From an uncultured Blautia sp. (GTDB taxonomy: Bacteria; Bacillota; Clostridia; Lachnospirales; Lachnospiraceae): DNA of 64,000 nucleotides. The first letter of the stretch is position 1; each line of letters begins with the position of its first letter. Positions 26,962 to 38,259 of this stretch are shown piece by piece. Position numbers and translations under genes: made by a program. The stretch lies in the NCBI GenBank assembly GCA_902476765.1, contig CABSEJ010000003.1, positions 1,838-65,837 on the forward strand, given 5' to 3'. Below the pieces are notes generated by a model, which was not told the DNA's origin, searched no databases, and saw only the letters and a list, made by a program, of their open reading frames with translations.

Positions 26962-28620
26962 ATGGCAAGACAGAGAAAAATATATGTTATCGGTCATAAA
27001 AATCCGGATACGGATTCTATCTGCTCCGCAATTGCGTATGCGGATATTAAGAACCGGATGAATACGGGTCATAGATATGCGGCCAAGAGGGCTGGACAGA
27101 TAAACGAGGAAACAGAATATGTACTGAAGCGGTTCGGTGTGGAAGCGCCGGGGTATCTGTCTGATGTGGGAACCCAGGTGAAGGACATGGAAATCCGTGA
27201 GACACCGGGAGTTTCCAGCAGTATTTCTATCAAAGATGCCTGGGCTATCATGAAGGAGTCCAGCGCTGTAACTCTTCCCATTACCAGGGAGGACGGACAG
27301 CTGGAAGGACTGATTACTACCGGAGATATAGCAAAATCCTATATGGATGCTCATGACAATTATTTTCTTTCCAATGCCAGAACCCAGTATAGGAGCATTG
27401 CCAATACTGTAGAAGGAAAAGTGGTGACAGGAAATCCTCACGGCTATTTTATGAAGGGAAAGGTAGTCATCGGAGCGGCTCATCCCGATAAGCTGGGAGA
27501 GCTTTTAGAAGAAGATGATTTAGCCATTCTGGGAGACAGGTATGAGGACCACAAGTGTGCTATTGAGCAGAACGTAAGCTGTATGATTGTCTGCAATCAT
27601 GCAGAGGTTTCGGAGGATATTAAGAAGGCGGCGGAGCAAAACGAGTGTGTGATAATCCAGTCTTCTCTGGATACCTTCAGCGTGGCCAGACTGATTAACC
27701 AGAGTATACCAGTGAAGCACATCATGAAGAAGGACAACCTGATAACCTTCCAGACCGATGATTTTACAGATAATATAAAAGACATTATGGTAAAGAACCG
27801 GCACAGGGCTTTCCCTGTGGTGAATAAACACGGGAAATATATAGGCACCGTGTCCAGAAGAAATCTTCTGGGAATGAAGAAGAAACAACTGATTCTGGTG
27901 GACCATAACGAGAAATCCCAGGCTGTGGACAATATTGATGCAGCAGAGATTCTGGAGATAGTAGACCATCACAGACTGGGTTCCTTAGAGACTCTGCAGC
28001 CTATTATGTTCCGGAATCAGCCGGTGGGCTGTACGGCTACAATCCTTTATCAGATGTATGTGGAAAGGGGCCTGGAAATTAAACCTCAGATAGCAGGACT
28101 TCTGTGCGCTGCTATTGTTTCGGACACCCTGATGTTCCGTTCCCCCACCTGTACCGCTGCAGACAAAATGGCAGCAGGAGCCCTGGCCCTTATGGCAGGA
28201 ATCCATATTGAAGAGTTTGCAAAAGAAATGTTTACTGCAGGCAGCAATCTGAAGGGAAAGACCACAGAGGTTATATTCTATCAGGATTTCAAGAGGTTTA
28301 CCTCGGATAAGGTAAATTTCGGCGTGGGACAGATAAGCTCCATGGACGCCCAGCAGCTTCACGATTTGAAAAAGCGGCTCATACCTTTTATGAAGCACGA
28401 ATACGGAAAGAACGGGATTTCCATGGTGTTCTTTATGCTCACTAATATTTTAGAGGAATCCTCAGAGATAATCTGCTTCGGGGAAGGAAGCGGGCGTCTG
28501 GTAGAGGAGTCCTTTGAGGCCAGAGAAGAAGACGGGGGTTACATCCTTCCGGGAGTGGTATCCAGGAAAAAACAGCTGATTCCCGCCTTTATCGGTACAC
28601 TGCAGCAGAATAATAATTAG
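26962..28620 (+). CDS. ppaC: Mn-dependent inorganic pyrophosphatase with CBS/DRTGG insert
   Basis: GHKNPDTDS, VDHNE, DHH, SDTL.FRSPT and GVVSRKKQ. Confidence 0.95.
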   Translation: MARQRKIYVIGHKNPDTDSICSAIAYADIKNRMNTGHRYAAKRAGQINEETEYVLKRFGVEAPGYLSDVGTQVKDMEIRETPGVSSSISIKDAWAIMKESSAVTLPITREDGQLEGLITTGDIAKSYMDAHDNYFLSNARTQYRSIANTVEGKVVTGNPHGYFMKGKVVIGAAHPDKLGELLEEDDLAILGDRYEDHKCAIEQNVSCMIVCNHAEVSEDIKKAAEQNECVIIQSSLDTFSVARLINQSIPVKHIMKKDNLITFQTDDFTDNIKDIMVKNRHRAFPVVNKHGKYIGTVSRRNLLGMKKKQLILVDHNEKSQAVDNIDAAEILEIVDHHRLGSLETLQPIMFRNQPVGCTATILYQMYVERGLEIKPQIAGLLCAAIVSDTLMFRSPTCTAADKMAAGALALMAGIHIEEFAKEMFTAGSNLKGKTTEVIFYQDFKRFTSDKVNFGVGQISSMDAQQLHDLKKRLIPFMKHEYGKNGISMVFFMLTNILEESSEIICFGEGSGRLVEESFEAREEDGGYILPGVVSRKKQLIPAFIGTLQQNNN

Positions 28621-28773
28621 TGCCATCCACTTTAAATATCCTCACGTTTCACTGGCCTGCTTTTCCGATAGCACAGTTGTAAAAGCCTCAGCGTAGCCCG
28701 CTACGCCTGCGTTTTTACAACTGCACTCTCAAAAAAGCATTCTCAGTGAAACGGTAAGACAGTGTACTGGCAC
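28619..28773. repeat. Long nested palindromic intergenic element (REP-like)
   Basis: gtgcca/tggcac, cgtttcactg/cagtgaaacg, cagttgtaaaa/ttttacaactg and gcgtagc/gctacgc nested arms. Confidence 0.7.
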
Positions 28774-28841
28774 GTTCATTTTCAGCATAATGACGTAGTA
28801 GAAAGACCAAAAGCCAATTAGAACCAGAAAAGGAGAAAAGA

Positions 28842-29426
28842 ATGGCAAAAACAGAATGGAAGCCCGGAAATATGCTGTATCCCCTGCCGGTGGTCATGGT
28901 CACGGCGGCGGATGAGGAAGGACATGACAACATTGTTACGGTGGCCTGGGCTGGAACCGTGTGTACCAATCCGCCTATGGTATCCATTTCCCTGCGTCCG
29001 GAGCGGTATTCCTATCCAATGATAAAGGAGACAGGGGAATTTGTGATAAATCTTACTACCGAGAAGCTGGCCTTTGCCACGGATTACTGTGGTGTGAAAT
29101 CCGGCAGGGACGTGGATAAATTTAAAGAGGCAAAGCTTACAAGAGAGCCTGCCACTCATGTGGGCGCTCCGATGATTCAGGAATCCCCGGTTTCTATTGA
29201 GTGCAGGGTGAGAGAGCGGAAGGACTACGGAAGCCATAGTGTGTTTTTGGCGGATGTACTGGCCGTTCATGTGGATACGAAGTATATGGATGAAAAAGGA
29301 AAATTTGATTTGGCAAAAGCCCAGCCTATTGTGTATTCCCACGGCGAGTATTACGGTCTGGGGAAAAAGCTGGGAACCTTTGGATACAGTATTAAAAAAC
29401 AGAGAAAGAAGAGACAGAAAAAATGA
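28842..29426 (+). CDS. Flavin reductase family protein
   Basis: YPLPVVMVT, NPPMVSIS, GEFVIN and CGVKSGRDVDKF. Confidence 0.9.
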   Translation: MAKTEWKPGNMLYPLPVVMVTAADEEGHDNIVTVAWAGTVCTNPPMVSISLRPERYSYPMIKETGEFVINLTTEKLAFATDYCGVKSGRDVDKFKEAKLTREPATHVGAPMIQESPVSIECRVRERKDYGSHSVFLADVLAVHVDTKYMDEKGKFDLAKAQPIVYSHGEYYGLGKKLGTFGYSIKKQRKKRQKK

Positions 29427-29923
29427 AAGACAATATCGTACTGATTGGTATGCCCGGTTCCGGGAAAAGTACAGTAGGCGTAATCCTGGCCAAGGTGCTG
29501 GGATATGAGTTCTTGGATGCGGATTTACTGATTCAGAAGCAGGAGAAGCGGCGTCTAAAGGAAATCATTGCCCAGGAGGGACAGGAGGGATTTCTGCGGA
29601 TTGAGGGCCGGGTAAACGCCTCCATCCAGACAACCCAGTGTGTCATTGCCACAGGAGGAAGCGTAGTATACTGCAGGGAAGCCATGGAGCATTTAAAAGA
29701 AATCGGAACAATTATTTATCTGAAGCTGGATTACAACATATTAAAGCGGCGTCTTGGAAATCTTATTGGAAGAGGAGTTGTCTTGAAAGACGGACAGAGC
29801 CTGGAAGATTTGTATGAGGAGAGAGTGCCCTTGTATGAAAGCTATGCAGATGTGACTGTTGATGAAAAAAATACAGATGCAGAAGGAACTTTACAGAAAA
29901 TACTGGAAGTATTAAAGAGATGA
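29423..29923 (+). CDS. aroK: Shikimate kinase
   Basis: IGMPGSGKST, VIATGGS and ER.PLY. Confidence 0.9.
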   Translation: MKDNIVLIGMPGSGKSTVGVILAKVLGYEFLDADLLIQKQEKRRLKEIIAQEGQEGFLRIEGRVNASIQTTQCVIATGGSVVYCREAMEHLKEIGTIIYLKLDYNILKRRLGNLIGRGVVLKDGQSLEDLYEERVPLYESYADVTVDEKNTDAEGTLQKILEVLKR

Positions 29924-30218
29924 CAGAATAAAGGTAAGGGGAGTCCAAGAAGAGCCACGGTTAAATCTTAATTTTTATTTACAAAACCAAGTAACTGTTA
30001 TATTATAATAGTTAAGCCATAAAATAGTAATATCCTCAGTCTATAAGGAGCCTTTGGCTTTTTGTACACTGAGAGCAGGGATTTTTGAGTATAAATATAG
30101 AGGAAAGATAGAGCAGCCGGGCTTATTCTGGAGACAGAAAACAGACTGCACTGCCTGTTTGGGGACAGGCAGGTATAAATATAGACAGGCTTCAAAGCCT
30201 AAAATAAGAGGTGTGTAT

Positions 30219-31511
30219 ATGGAACAGTATGTTATCAAAGGCGGCAACCCGTTAGTGGGAGAGGTCGAGATTGGCGGTGCGAAAAATGCAGCCCTTGCTA
30301 TTTTAGCAGCGGCAATTATGACAGATGAAGCGGTACACATTGAAAATCTGCCGGATGTGCGGGACATAAATGTTCTGTTGGAGGCCATCCGGGAAATCGG
30401 CGCCTGCGTAGAGCGTATCAGCCCTACGGAAGTAAGGATTATGGGCGCTACCATTGGAAATGTTACGGTTGAATATGAATATATTAAGAAGATAAGAGCT
30501 TCCTATTACCTTTTAGGAGCCCTTTTAGGAAAATACAAAAACGCAGAGGTTCCTCTTCCGGGAGGCTGTAATATTGGAAGCCGTCCCATTGACCAGCATT
30601 TAAAGGGCTTCCGGGCTCTGGGCGCTTCTGTGGATATTATCCACGGAGCTGTTGTGGCAAAGGCGGAGGAGCTGAAAGGAAAGCATATCTTCCTGGATAT
30701 GGTTTCTGTGGGCGCTACCATCAATATCATGATGGCGGCAGCCATGGCTAATGGAAATACCACCATTGAGAATGCAGCTAAGGAGCCTCATGTGGTAGAT
30801 GTGGCTAACTTTTTAAACAGCATGGGAGCCAACATCAAAGGTGCAGGAACAGATGTTATCCGTATCCGTGGCGTGGAGAAGCTTCACGGCACCAGCTATT
30901 CCATTATTCCGGACCAGATAGAGGCGGGAACCTTCATGTGCGCCGCAGCGGCCACCATGGGAGACGTGATGGTAAAAAATGTAATTCCAAAGCATTTGGA
31001 AGCCACCACAGCCAAGCTGGAGGAAATCGGATGTCAGGTAGAGGAATTTGACGATGCTGTCCGTGTGGTTGCCAGTAAACGGCTGAAACGTACCAATGTG
31101 AAGACCATGCCATATCCCGGTTATCCAACGGATATGCAGCCCCAGTTTGCAGTGGCTCTGGCCCTGGCAGAGGGGACAAGCATTGTGACAGAGAGTATTT
31201 TCGAGAATCGTTTTAAATATGCAGACGAGCTGGCCAGAATGGGCGCCAATATTAAGGTGGAAGGCAACACGGCCATTATTGACGGCGTGGAAAGGCTTAC
31301 AGGAGCCAGAGTCAGCGCACCGGATTTGAGAGCCGGAGCAGCCCTGGTAATTGCCGGCCTTGCAGCAGAAGGCTTTACTGTTGTAGACGATATTGTATAT
31401 ATCCAGAGAGGCTATGAGCGTTTTGAGGAGAAGCTGAGAAGTCTGGGTGCTGAGATTGAGAAGGTATCCAGCGAGAAAGAGCTGAAAAAATTCCAGCTTC
31501 GGGTTGGATGA
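30219..31511 (+). CDS. murA: UDP-N-acetylglucosamine 1-carboxyvinyltransferase
   Basis: GAKNAAL, PGGCNIGSRPIDQH, SVGAT and DLRAGAAL; start reassigned after the GAGG RBS. Confidence 0.95.
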   Translation: MEQYVIKGGNPLVGEVEIGGAKNAALAILAAAIMTDEAVHIENLPDVRDINVLLEAIREIGACVERISPTEVRIMGATIGNVTVEYEYIKKIRASYYLLGALLGKYKNAEVPLPGGCNIGSRPIDQHLKGFRALGASVDIIHGAVVAKAEELKGKHIFLDMVSVGATINIMMAAAMANGNTTIENAAKEPHVVDVANFLNSMGANIKGAGTDVIRIRGVEKLHGTSYSIIPDQIEAGTFMCAAAATMGDVMVKNVIPKHLEATTAKLEEIGCQVEEFDDAVRVVASKRLKRTNVKTMPYPGYPTDMQPQFAVALALAEGTSIVTESIFENRFKYADELARMGANIKVEGNTAIIDGVERLTGARVSAPDLRAGAALVIAGLAAEGFTVVDDIVYIQRGYERFEEKLRSLGAEIEKVSSEKELKKFQLRVG

Positions 31512-31581
31512 AATTACCCCTTGACGAACCGTGGAAAAAAGGGTATTGTATTAGACGAAAACTGAAAATAAGATATATTTT

Positions 31582-31680
31582 CTCTTATTTAGAGTGATGG
31601 AGTTACATAGGAACTGTGAAGTCACGGCAACCCCGCATAGCGGAAGGTGCCAGCCTGAGCGAGTATTCGAACAATAAGAG
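31582..31680 (+). ncRNA. SAM-I (S-box) riboswitch aptamer
   Basis: P1 ctcttat...aataagag, GGCAACC, AAGGTGCCA; upstream of metK and followed by a terminator-like hairpin at 31701-31724. Confidence 0.85.
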
Positions 31681-31720
31681 GAGTCATTTAAAGATAAAAT
31701 GGGTCCGCTTAGCCGGGCCC

Positions 31721-31846
31721 TTTTCTTGTTCCATAGGAAATTCCTTTGAATTTCCTATGGAACAAGAAGCCCTCCGGGTAGGAACGCACTGGGTTGGAGA
31801 GGAGTTATGTCGCTAAAGCGACCCCAACCCAGGCGGAGAGCCCTGC
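31721..31846 (+). repeat. About 125-bp dispersed palindromic repeat, copy 1
   Basis: ataggaaattcctttgaatttcctat...gccctccggg...actgggttggagaggagttatgtcgctaaagcgaccc, near-identical to 39167-39296. Confidence 0.9.
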
Positions 31847-31970
31847 CGGGCGGAATGTACACGCCGCAATGAGGTAACTTACCGTTTTGATTTCGGCTGA
31901 AGAAATGAACCGGTGTGAGAAAATGACAGAAAGAGAAAATATACGCCAGAAAATAAAAAGGAGATGTATT

Positions 31971-33161
31971 ATGGAAAAAAGACTGTTTACTTCAGAATCA
32001 GTAACAGAGGGACATCCGGATAAAATGTGCGACGCTATTTCCGACGCTATTCTGGATGCTCTTATGGAAAAGGACCCCATGAGCCGTGTGGCCTGCGAGA
32101 CAGCGGCTACAACGGGAATGGTGATGGTCATGGGAGAGATTACCACCAGCGCTTATGTGGATATTCCTAAAATTGTAAGAGACACGGTAAGAGAAATCGG
32201 ATATACCAGGGCAAAGTACGGCTTTGACGCAGATACCTGTGGTGTGATTACTACCATTGACGAGCAGTCCGCAGATATTGCTATGGGTGTTGATAAGGCT
32301 CTGGAGGCTAAGGAGAATAAAATGTCTGAGGAAGAGCTGGAGGCTATCGGCGCAGGAGACCAGGGAATGATGTTCGGTTTTGCCACAGACGAAACCCCGG
32401 AATATATGCCTTATCCTATTGCACTGGCTCACCAGCTGTCCAGACAGCTCACCAAGGTGCGCAAAGACGGTACGCTTACTTATTTAAGACCTGACGGAAA
32501 GACACAGGTTACTGTGGAATATGATGAGAATGACAGACCTATTCGCCTGGATGCAGTTGTTCTTTCAACTCAGCATGACCCGGATGTAAGCCAGGAGCAG
32601 ATTCACGCAGATATTAAAAAGTATGTGTTTGACCCTATCCTTCCCAAGGAGATGGTTGACGCAGACACCAAATTTTTCATCAATCCCACCGGACGCTTTG
32701 TCATTGGCGGCCCTCATGGTGACAGCGGACTGACCGGACGTAAGATTATCGTGGATACCTACGGCGGATATGCCCGTCACGGCGGCGGCGCTTTTTCCGG
32801 AAAGGACTGCACTAAGGTGGACCGTTCCGCAGCCTATGCGGCCAGGTATGTGGCCAAGAACATTGTTGCAGCAGGACTGGCCAAGAAGTGTGAGATTCAG
32901 CTTTCCTATGCTATCGGTGTGGCTCGTCCCACTTCTGTTATGGTAGATACCTTCGGAACAGGAGTTGTTTCCGACAGCCGTCTGGTAGAGATTATCCGGG
33001 AAAACTTTGATTTAAGACCGGCTGGCATTATCAAAATGCTGGATTTACGCCGTCCTATCTATAAACAGACAGCAGCTTACGGACATTTCGGAAGAAATGA
33101 TTTAGACTTGCCATGGGAGAGACTGGATAAAGTAGAGCTATTAAAGAAATACCTGGGATAA
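31971..33161 (+). CDS. metK: S-adenosylmethionine synthetase
   Basis: [28 protein letters not shown] and YGHFGR. Confidence 0.98.
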   Translation: MEKRLFTSESVTEGHPDKMCDAISDAILDALMEKDPMSRVACETAATTGMVMVMGEITTSAYVDIPKIVRDTVREIGYTRAKYGFDADTCGVITTIDEQSADIAMGVDKALEAKENKMSEEELEAIGAGDQGMMFGFATDETPEYMPYPIALAHQLSRQLTKVRKDGTLTYLRPDGKTQVTVEYDENDRPIRLDAVVLSTQHDPDVSQEQIHADIKKYVFDPILPKEMVDADTKFFINPTGRFVIGGPHGDSGLTGRKIIVDTYGGYARHGGGAFSGKDCTKVDRSAAYAARYVAKNIVAAGLAKKCEIQLSYAIGVARPTSVMVDTFGTGVVSDSRLVEIIRENFDLRPAGIIKMLDLRRPIYKQTAAYGHFGRNDLDLPWERLDKVELLKKYLG

Positions 33162-33187
33162 AAGGCGGGTAAGCATACAGACAATAG

Positions 33188-33240
33188 AAAAACGGTATGA
33201 AGGCAGGCAGTGAGACCTCTTTCATACCGTTTTTTGTTTT
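33188..33240. terminator. Bidirectional intrinsic terminator
   Basis: aaaaacggtatgaa / ttcataccgttttt. Confidence 0.8.
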
Positions 33241-33335
33241 GTGTTAGTCAAATACCTGGATGCAAGCACCGTATCCATTTGGCTCGTTGCTGGCAGGAAT
33301 AAACTGCTTTTTTCCGGTTCAGTCTGCAGAGTAAG

Positions 33336-33677
33336 TTATTCCGTTTCTTCCTCCTGCCGGAGGCTTGCTTTTAAAGTTTTCAAAGTCTCCAGGAGAATAT
33401 GCTTTTCTTTCGGTGTACAATCTTCCAGAAGAGCGCTGATTTCTTCGTCCAGGATTACAGAGGAGGAAGCAACATAGCCGCAGGCCAGTTCGTCAACAGA
33501 TACATTCAGAGCATTGGCAATGTCAAAGAGACACTCTACACTAAGCTTGGTCTTACCTGTTTCAATATGGCTGATATGCTGTACAGAATAATCGGCCTGT
33601 TCTCCCAGCATTTGCTGCGTCATCTTCAGTTTTTCACGATAAAGCCGTATCCGCTGCCCTAATTTTAAGTAATCCAT
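33336..33677 (-). CDS. XRE-family HTH transcriptional regulator
   Basis: LGQRIR..REKLKMTQQMLGE...HISHIETG. Confidence 0.9.
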   Translation of the reverse strand: MDYLKLGQRIRLYREKLKMTQQMLGEQADYSVQHISHIETGKTKLSVECLFDIANALNVSVDELACGYVASSSVILDEEISALLEDCTPKEKHILLETLKTLKASLRQEEETE

Positions 33678-33877
33678 ATGCTGTGCTCCTGAAATTTTTT
33701 TATATTATATGCATAATTCCTCTAGTTGATAAATGGAGTATATAGAGAAACTATCTATATAGTTTTAATAAAATGCAAATTTTTTGGATACATATGGTGA
33801 ATATCTCTGTCCCCATGGAGGGCTTTGAGTTATAATAGTCATATAAACTTATATTTTACTGCAAAGGGGGTTTTCTT

Positions 33878-35485
33878 ATGAGGCTGACTTTTATAGGTGC
33901 TGCCCATGAGGTGACAGGCAGCTGTTATTTCCTGGAGGCAGCGGGGAAACGGTTTCTGGTGGACTGCGGAATGGAGCAGGGGCCGGACCAGTATGAGAAC
34001 CAGGATATTCCGGTGGCGTTCTCGGATGTAGATTTTGCCCTTTTAACCCATGCGCATATAGACCACTCGGGAAATTTTCCCCTGGCCTATGCCAGAGGAT
34101 TCAGGGGGCCGGTGTACGCCACAGCAGCTACCTGCGATTTGTGCGACATTATGCTTCGTGACAGCGCCCATATCCAGATGTTTGAGGCAGAGTGGAGAAA
34201 CAGAAAGGCAAGGCGAAACGGACAGCCTGAGTTTGTGCCAGCCTATACTATGGAGGATGCCATGGCAGTAATCCGGCAGTTTGTTCCCTGCAGCTACGGG
34301 CAGGTGATTCAGATTGCAGAAGGGATTAAAGTGCGGTTCATAGATGCAGGACATCTTCTGGGCTCTTCCAGCATTGAAATATGGCTGACTGAAGATGGGC
34401 AGGAAAAAAAGATAGTATTTTCCGGAGATATAGGTAATACCCAGCAGCCTCTGATTAAGGACCCGGAATATATCCGGCAGGCGGATTATGTGGTGATGGA
34501 ATCTACTTACGGAGACAGAAGCCACGGAGAAAAACCAGATTATGTAAATCAGCTTGCAGCTATTCTGAGACGAACCTTTGCCAGGGGAGGAAATGTAGTA
34601 ATACCCTCCTTTGCCGTAGGCCGTACCCAGGAAATGCTGTATTTCCTGCGTAAAATTAAAGCGGATAAGCTGCTTCCTGAATATGAAGGATTTCAGGTAT
34701 ATGTAGACAGTCCTCTTGCGGTTCAGGCCACCAGCATTTTTAAGGAGCATTACAGTGACTGCTATGACCAGGAGGCTATGGAGCTTATTGAGCAGGGAAT
34801 TAACCCTATTGCTTTTCCCGGATTAAAGCTGTCTATTACCAGTGACGAGTCAAAGGCTATCAATTTCGATGAACAGCCTAAGGTAATACTTTCTGCCAGC
34901 GGTATGTGCGATGCAGGCCGTATTAAGCACCATTTGAAACATAATCTTTGGAGGACAGAATGCAGCATCTTGTTCGTAGGGTACCAGGCCATAGGCACAT
35001 TAGGCCGAGCCCTGATTGAGGGGGCGACGGATGTGAAGCTGTTCGGAGAGGAAATCCATGTAAACGCAGAAATCATCCGGCTGCCGGGAATCAGCGGACA
35101 TGCGGATAACCAGGGATTGATGGAATGGGCGGCTGCTTTTAAGGAGAAGCCCCAGAGGGTTTTTGTGGCCCATGGGGACGACCAGGTCTGCGATTTGTTT
35201 GCAGAACGGCTGAAGCAGGAGCTGGGATATTCTGCCGTGGCTCCTTACAGCGGCACAGTGGTGGACCTTCTCACCAACGAAGTGGTGAAGGAAACCGTGG
35301 GAATCGTGGTGAAACACGCCAGAGAGAAGGCAAAGAGCAGAAAGGCAGCGGGAGTATTTGCAAGATTAGTTGCAGCGGGTCAGAGGCTTATGACAGTGAT
35401 TCGCCATAATGAGGGCGGCGCTAATAAGGATTTGGCCAGGTTCGCTGACCAGATAAATGCATTATGTGATAAGTGGGAAAGATAA
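33878..35485 (+). CDS. MBL-fold/beta-CASP ribonuclease (YSH1-like)
   Basis: GAAHEVTGS, THAHIDHSG, AGHLLGS, ESTYG and SGHAD. Confidence 0.9.
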   Translation: MRLTFIGAAHEVTGSCYFLEAAGKRFLVDCGMEQGPDQYENQDIPVAFSDVDFALLTHAHIDHSGNFPLAYARGFRGPVYATAATCDLCDIMLRDSAHIQMFEAEWRNRKARRNGQPEFVPAYTMEDAMAVIRQFVPCSYGQVIQIAEGIKVRFIDAGHLLGSSSIEIWLTEDGQEKKIVFSGDIGNTQQPLIKDPEYIRQADYVVMESTYGDRSHGEKPDYVNQLAAILRRTFARGGNVVIPSFAVGRTQEMLYFLRKIKADKLLPEYEGFQVYVDSPLAVQATSIFKEHYSDCYDQEAMELIEQGINPIAFPGLKLSITSDESKAINFDEQPKVILSASGMCDAGRIKHHLKHNLWRTECSILFVGYQAIGTLGRALIEGATDVKLFGEEIHVNAEIIRLPGISGHADNQGLMEWAAAFKEKPQRVFVAHGDDQVCDLFAERLKQELGYSAVAPYSGTVVDLLTNEVVKETVGIVVKHAREKAKSRKAAGVFARLVAAGQRLMTVIRHNEGGANKDLARFADQINALCDKWER

Positions 35486-35783
35486 AGACAGGATAACCTG
35501 CCGGGCCGGAAGCGTGGAGCTTTTGGCCCGGTTTTTTGGTTTATTGTGTTTTTATCCAGAGAGGGTACCTCCGTGTAGAAAGGGCCGTTTGCTTCCTTGT
35601 TCAGAGAGGGTAGAGAACGGAGTTGATAGGTTTGCCGGAAAATCTATATAAAAATGCACATAGGTAAGATTTTTATAGAAGATGGACACTTTATTTTATG
35701 GGCAGATTATACAGTCAATGCTATGATAAAGCTATCAAAAATATTCAAGGTGCCGAAAGGCAAAAAATAAAGGAGGAAAGAGT

Positions 35784-37127
35784 ATGAAAAAAAGAATGAA
35801 ACAAATTGCAGCCCTTTCCATGGCAGCGCTGATGACGGCTTCCATGGCGGCCTGCGGCGGTTCTGACGGCGGAAGCTCAAGTTCAGGAGACAGTGGCAAA
35901 AGCTCTGGCGGCGGAGACAAAGAAATTGTCTATTGGAATATCGGTACAGAGAGCCCGGATAAGGATGTTATCAACAAAGCAGTAGAAAAATTCAACTCTG
36001 AGACAGAGTCCGGATACACGGTTACATCTGTTCCCACTCAGAACGATACCTACAAAGAAAAATTGGTAGTTGCCATGAGCTCCGGAGAATGCCCGGATAT
36101 GTATTCCTGCTGGTCAGGCGGTCCAATGTATGAGTACATTGATTCCGGTTTCGGTCAGCCAATTGATGATTTGTTCAACAATTCTGATATTAAAGATAAA
36201 CTGATGGAAGCTGCTGTAGGTCAGGCTACTTACAATGACCATATCTATGCGATTCCTTATCAGAACGTATCCATGTCCGGTATTTTCTATAACACAGAAA
36301 TGTTTGAAAAATACGGATTGGAAGAACCTGAGACACTGGCAGATTTAGAGAACATCTGTGCCACTTTGAAAGAGAACGGAATTACTCCTTTCGCACTGGC
36401 CAACAGCTCTAAATGGACAGGTTCCATGTACTTCATGAACCTGGCTGCAAGATACGGCGGACTGGAGCCATTCCAGAATGCAGTAAACGGAGAGGGAAGC
36501 TTTACAGACGAATGCTTTATTAAAGCAGGAGATAAAATTCAGGAGTGGGTTAATGCAGGATACTTCCCAGACGGTGTAAACTCCTTGAGCGAGGATGACG
36601 GACAGGCTAAGCAGTTAATGTATCAGGAAACAGCAGGTATGCTGCTTTGCGGTTCCTGGTATACCGGAACCTTTGCTACTGACAGTGAAGAGTTTTATCA
36701 GAAGATTGGCTGGTTCCCATTCCCGGCTATCGAAGGCTCTGACGCAGACCCGTCTATCATGATTGGTACAGTTGGAGACCAGTTTATTGTATTCAACTGC
36801 GAAGGTGAAAAGCTGGAGGCTGCTTTCGAGTGCGCTGAGGCTCATCTGTCTGACGAAGTTATTGATTTTGAGGTTGAAAACGGAAAGATTCCTCCTGTAA
36901 AGGGAATTGAAGAGAAGCTTACAGACCCCATCACAAAAGAAGTTGTAGAGGCTGCAAACAATGCATCCGAAATCCAGTTATGGTATGACCAGTATCTGCC
37001 GCCGGCAGTATCTACTGCTCATCTGGACGGACTGCAGGAAGTATTCGGACTGACCATGACACCGCAGGAAGCACAGGAATCCATGCAGAAAGCAATGGAA
37101 GAATATAACGCTCAGAAAGCGGAATAA
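35784..37127 (+). CDS. Carbohydrate ABC transporter substrate-binding lipoprotein
   Basis: Lipobox MAAC; GITPFALAN. Confidence 0.9.
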   Translation: MKKRMKQIAALSMAALMTASMAACGGSDGGSSSSGDSGKSSGGGDKEIVYWNIGTESPDKDVINKAVEKFNSETESGYTVTSVPTQNDTYKEKLVVAMSSGECPDMYSCWSGGPMYEYIDSGFGQPIDDLFNNSDIKDKLMEAAVGQATYNDHIYAIPYQNVSMSGIFYNTEMFEKYGLEEPETLADLENICATLKENGITPFALANSSKWTGSMYFMNLAARYGGLEPFQNAVNGEGSFTDECFIKAGDKIQEWVNAGYFPDGVNSLSEDDGQAKQLMYQETAGMLLCGSWYTGTFATDSEEFYQKIGWFPFPAIEGSDADPSIMIGTVGDQFIVFNCEGEKLEAAFECAEAHLSDEVIDFEVENGKIPPVKGIEEKLTDPITKEVVEAANNASEIQLWYDQYLPPAVSTAHLDGLQEVFGLTMTPQEAQESMQKAMEEYNAQKAE

Positions 37128-37353
37128 GCAGCGGAATTTTAGGCACAAGATAAGAAAAGAGGCTCTGGAAACGGGGTCTCTTTTTCTACCCCGGACCAGA
37201 CCGGCAGACAGAAAAAGGCAGGTGTATTTGCTGCTGAAAGACAGATATTTATAGATACTGGAAAGATTGTTCTATGTATTTTTTTTACCTGTTTTGGTAA
37301 GATATTTAACATCAAAAGCGTTCTTGAAAACAATAAAAAGGAGGGGCTTATTT

Positions 37354-38256
37354 ATGAAAGAAAAAAGTATTTCTCTGTTGGAATTAAGACAGAGAAACAC
37401 AAGAAAAGTTGCAGCGCTTTTCCTGGCGCCTGTAACGATTTTGATGGTGGTATTCGTCTTATATCCCATCATTGATACCTTTATCACCAGCGGATACCAG
37501 TGGAACGGAATTTCTTCCGCAAAGAAGTTTATCGGTCTGGACAACTGGGCTACACTGCTGGCGGATAAAAGCTTTTGGATAGCTTTTAAAAACAATCTTG
37601 TTATCATGGTTTTGTCTATTGTAATCCAGATTCCACTGGGTCTGGCTCTGGCAACTTTCCTGGATTTCGGTGGAAAGAAACTGACTGTATTTAAGGTTAT
37701 CTGGTTCATTCCGCTGCTGATGTCTTCTGTTGCCATTGGTTTCCTGTTTACCTATGCCCTGGCTACAAACGGCGGTATCGTAAGTACCATTTCCGGCTGG
37801 TTCGGGGGAGGAAATATAGACCTTCTGGGTAATCCAAAAACAGCTTTGCTGACAGTTATCGTGGTAATCTGCTGGCAGTTTACACCGTTCTATATGGTAT
37901 ATTTTATGGCAGCTTTCACCAATATTCCTTACGATGTATTTGAAGCTGCCCGTATTGACGGAGCTACAAGAGGACAGTATTTTTGGAAGGTGGCCCTGCC
38001 CCTTTTAGTACCTTCTATGAAGAGTGCAGCCATTCTCTCCATGGTAGGTTCTCTGAAATATTTTGATTTGATTTATGTAATGACAGGCGGCGGTCCCGGT
38101 ACCTCTACCGAGTTGATGGCAACCTACATGTATAAACAGTCTTTCAGTAATTTCAACATGGGCTACGGTTCAGCAGTAGCTGCCGGAATGTTTATTCTCA
38201 TTTCCATGGTTGCCCTGATTACAATGAAGCTGTTAAATGGAAAGAAGGAGGCATAG
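37354..38256 (+). CDS. Carbohydrate ABC transporter permease
   Basis: EAARIDGA and GGPG; start after AGGAGG. Confidence 0.9.
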   Translation: MKEKSISLLELRQRNTRKVAALFLAPVTILMVVFVLYPIIDTFITSGYQWNGISSAKKFIGLDNWATLLADKSFWIAFKNNLVIMVLSIVIQIPLGLALATFLDFGGKKLTVFKVIWFIPLLMSSVAIGFLFTYALATNGGIVSTISGWFGGGNIDLLGNPKTALLTVIVVICWQFTPFYMVYFMAAFTNIPYDVFEAARIDGATRGQYFWKVALPLLVPSMKSAAILSMVGSLKYFDLIYVMTGGGPGTSTELMATYMYKQSFSNFNMGYGSAVAAGMFILISMVALITMKLLNGKKEA

Positions 38257-38259
38257 AGT

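Noticed and set aside
30089..30185. GTATAAATATAGA direct repeat and small hairpin upstream of murA
   Set aside because: Short, AT-rich and present only twice; no function can be supported.
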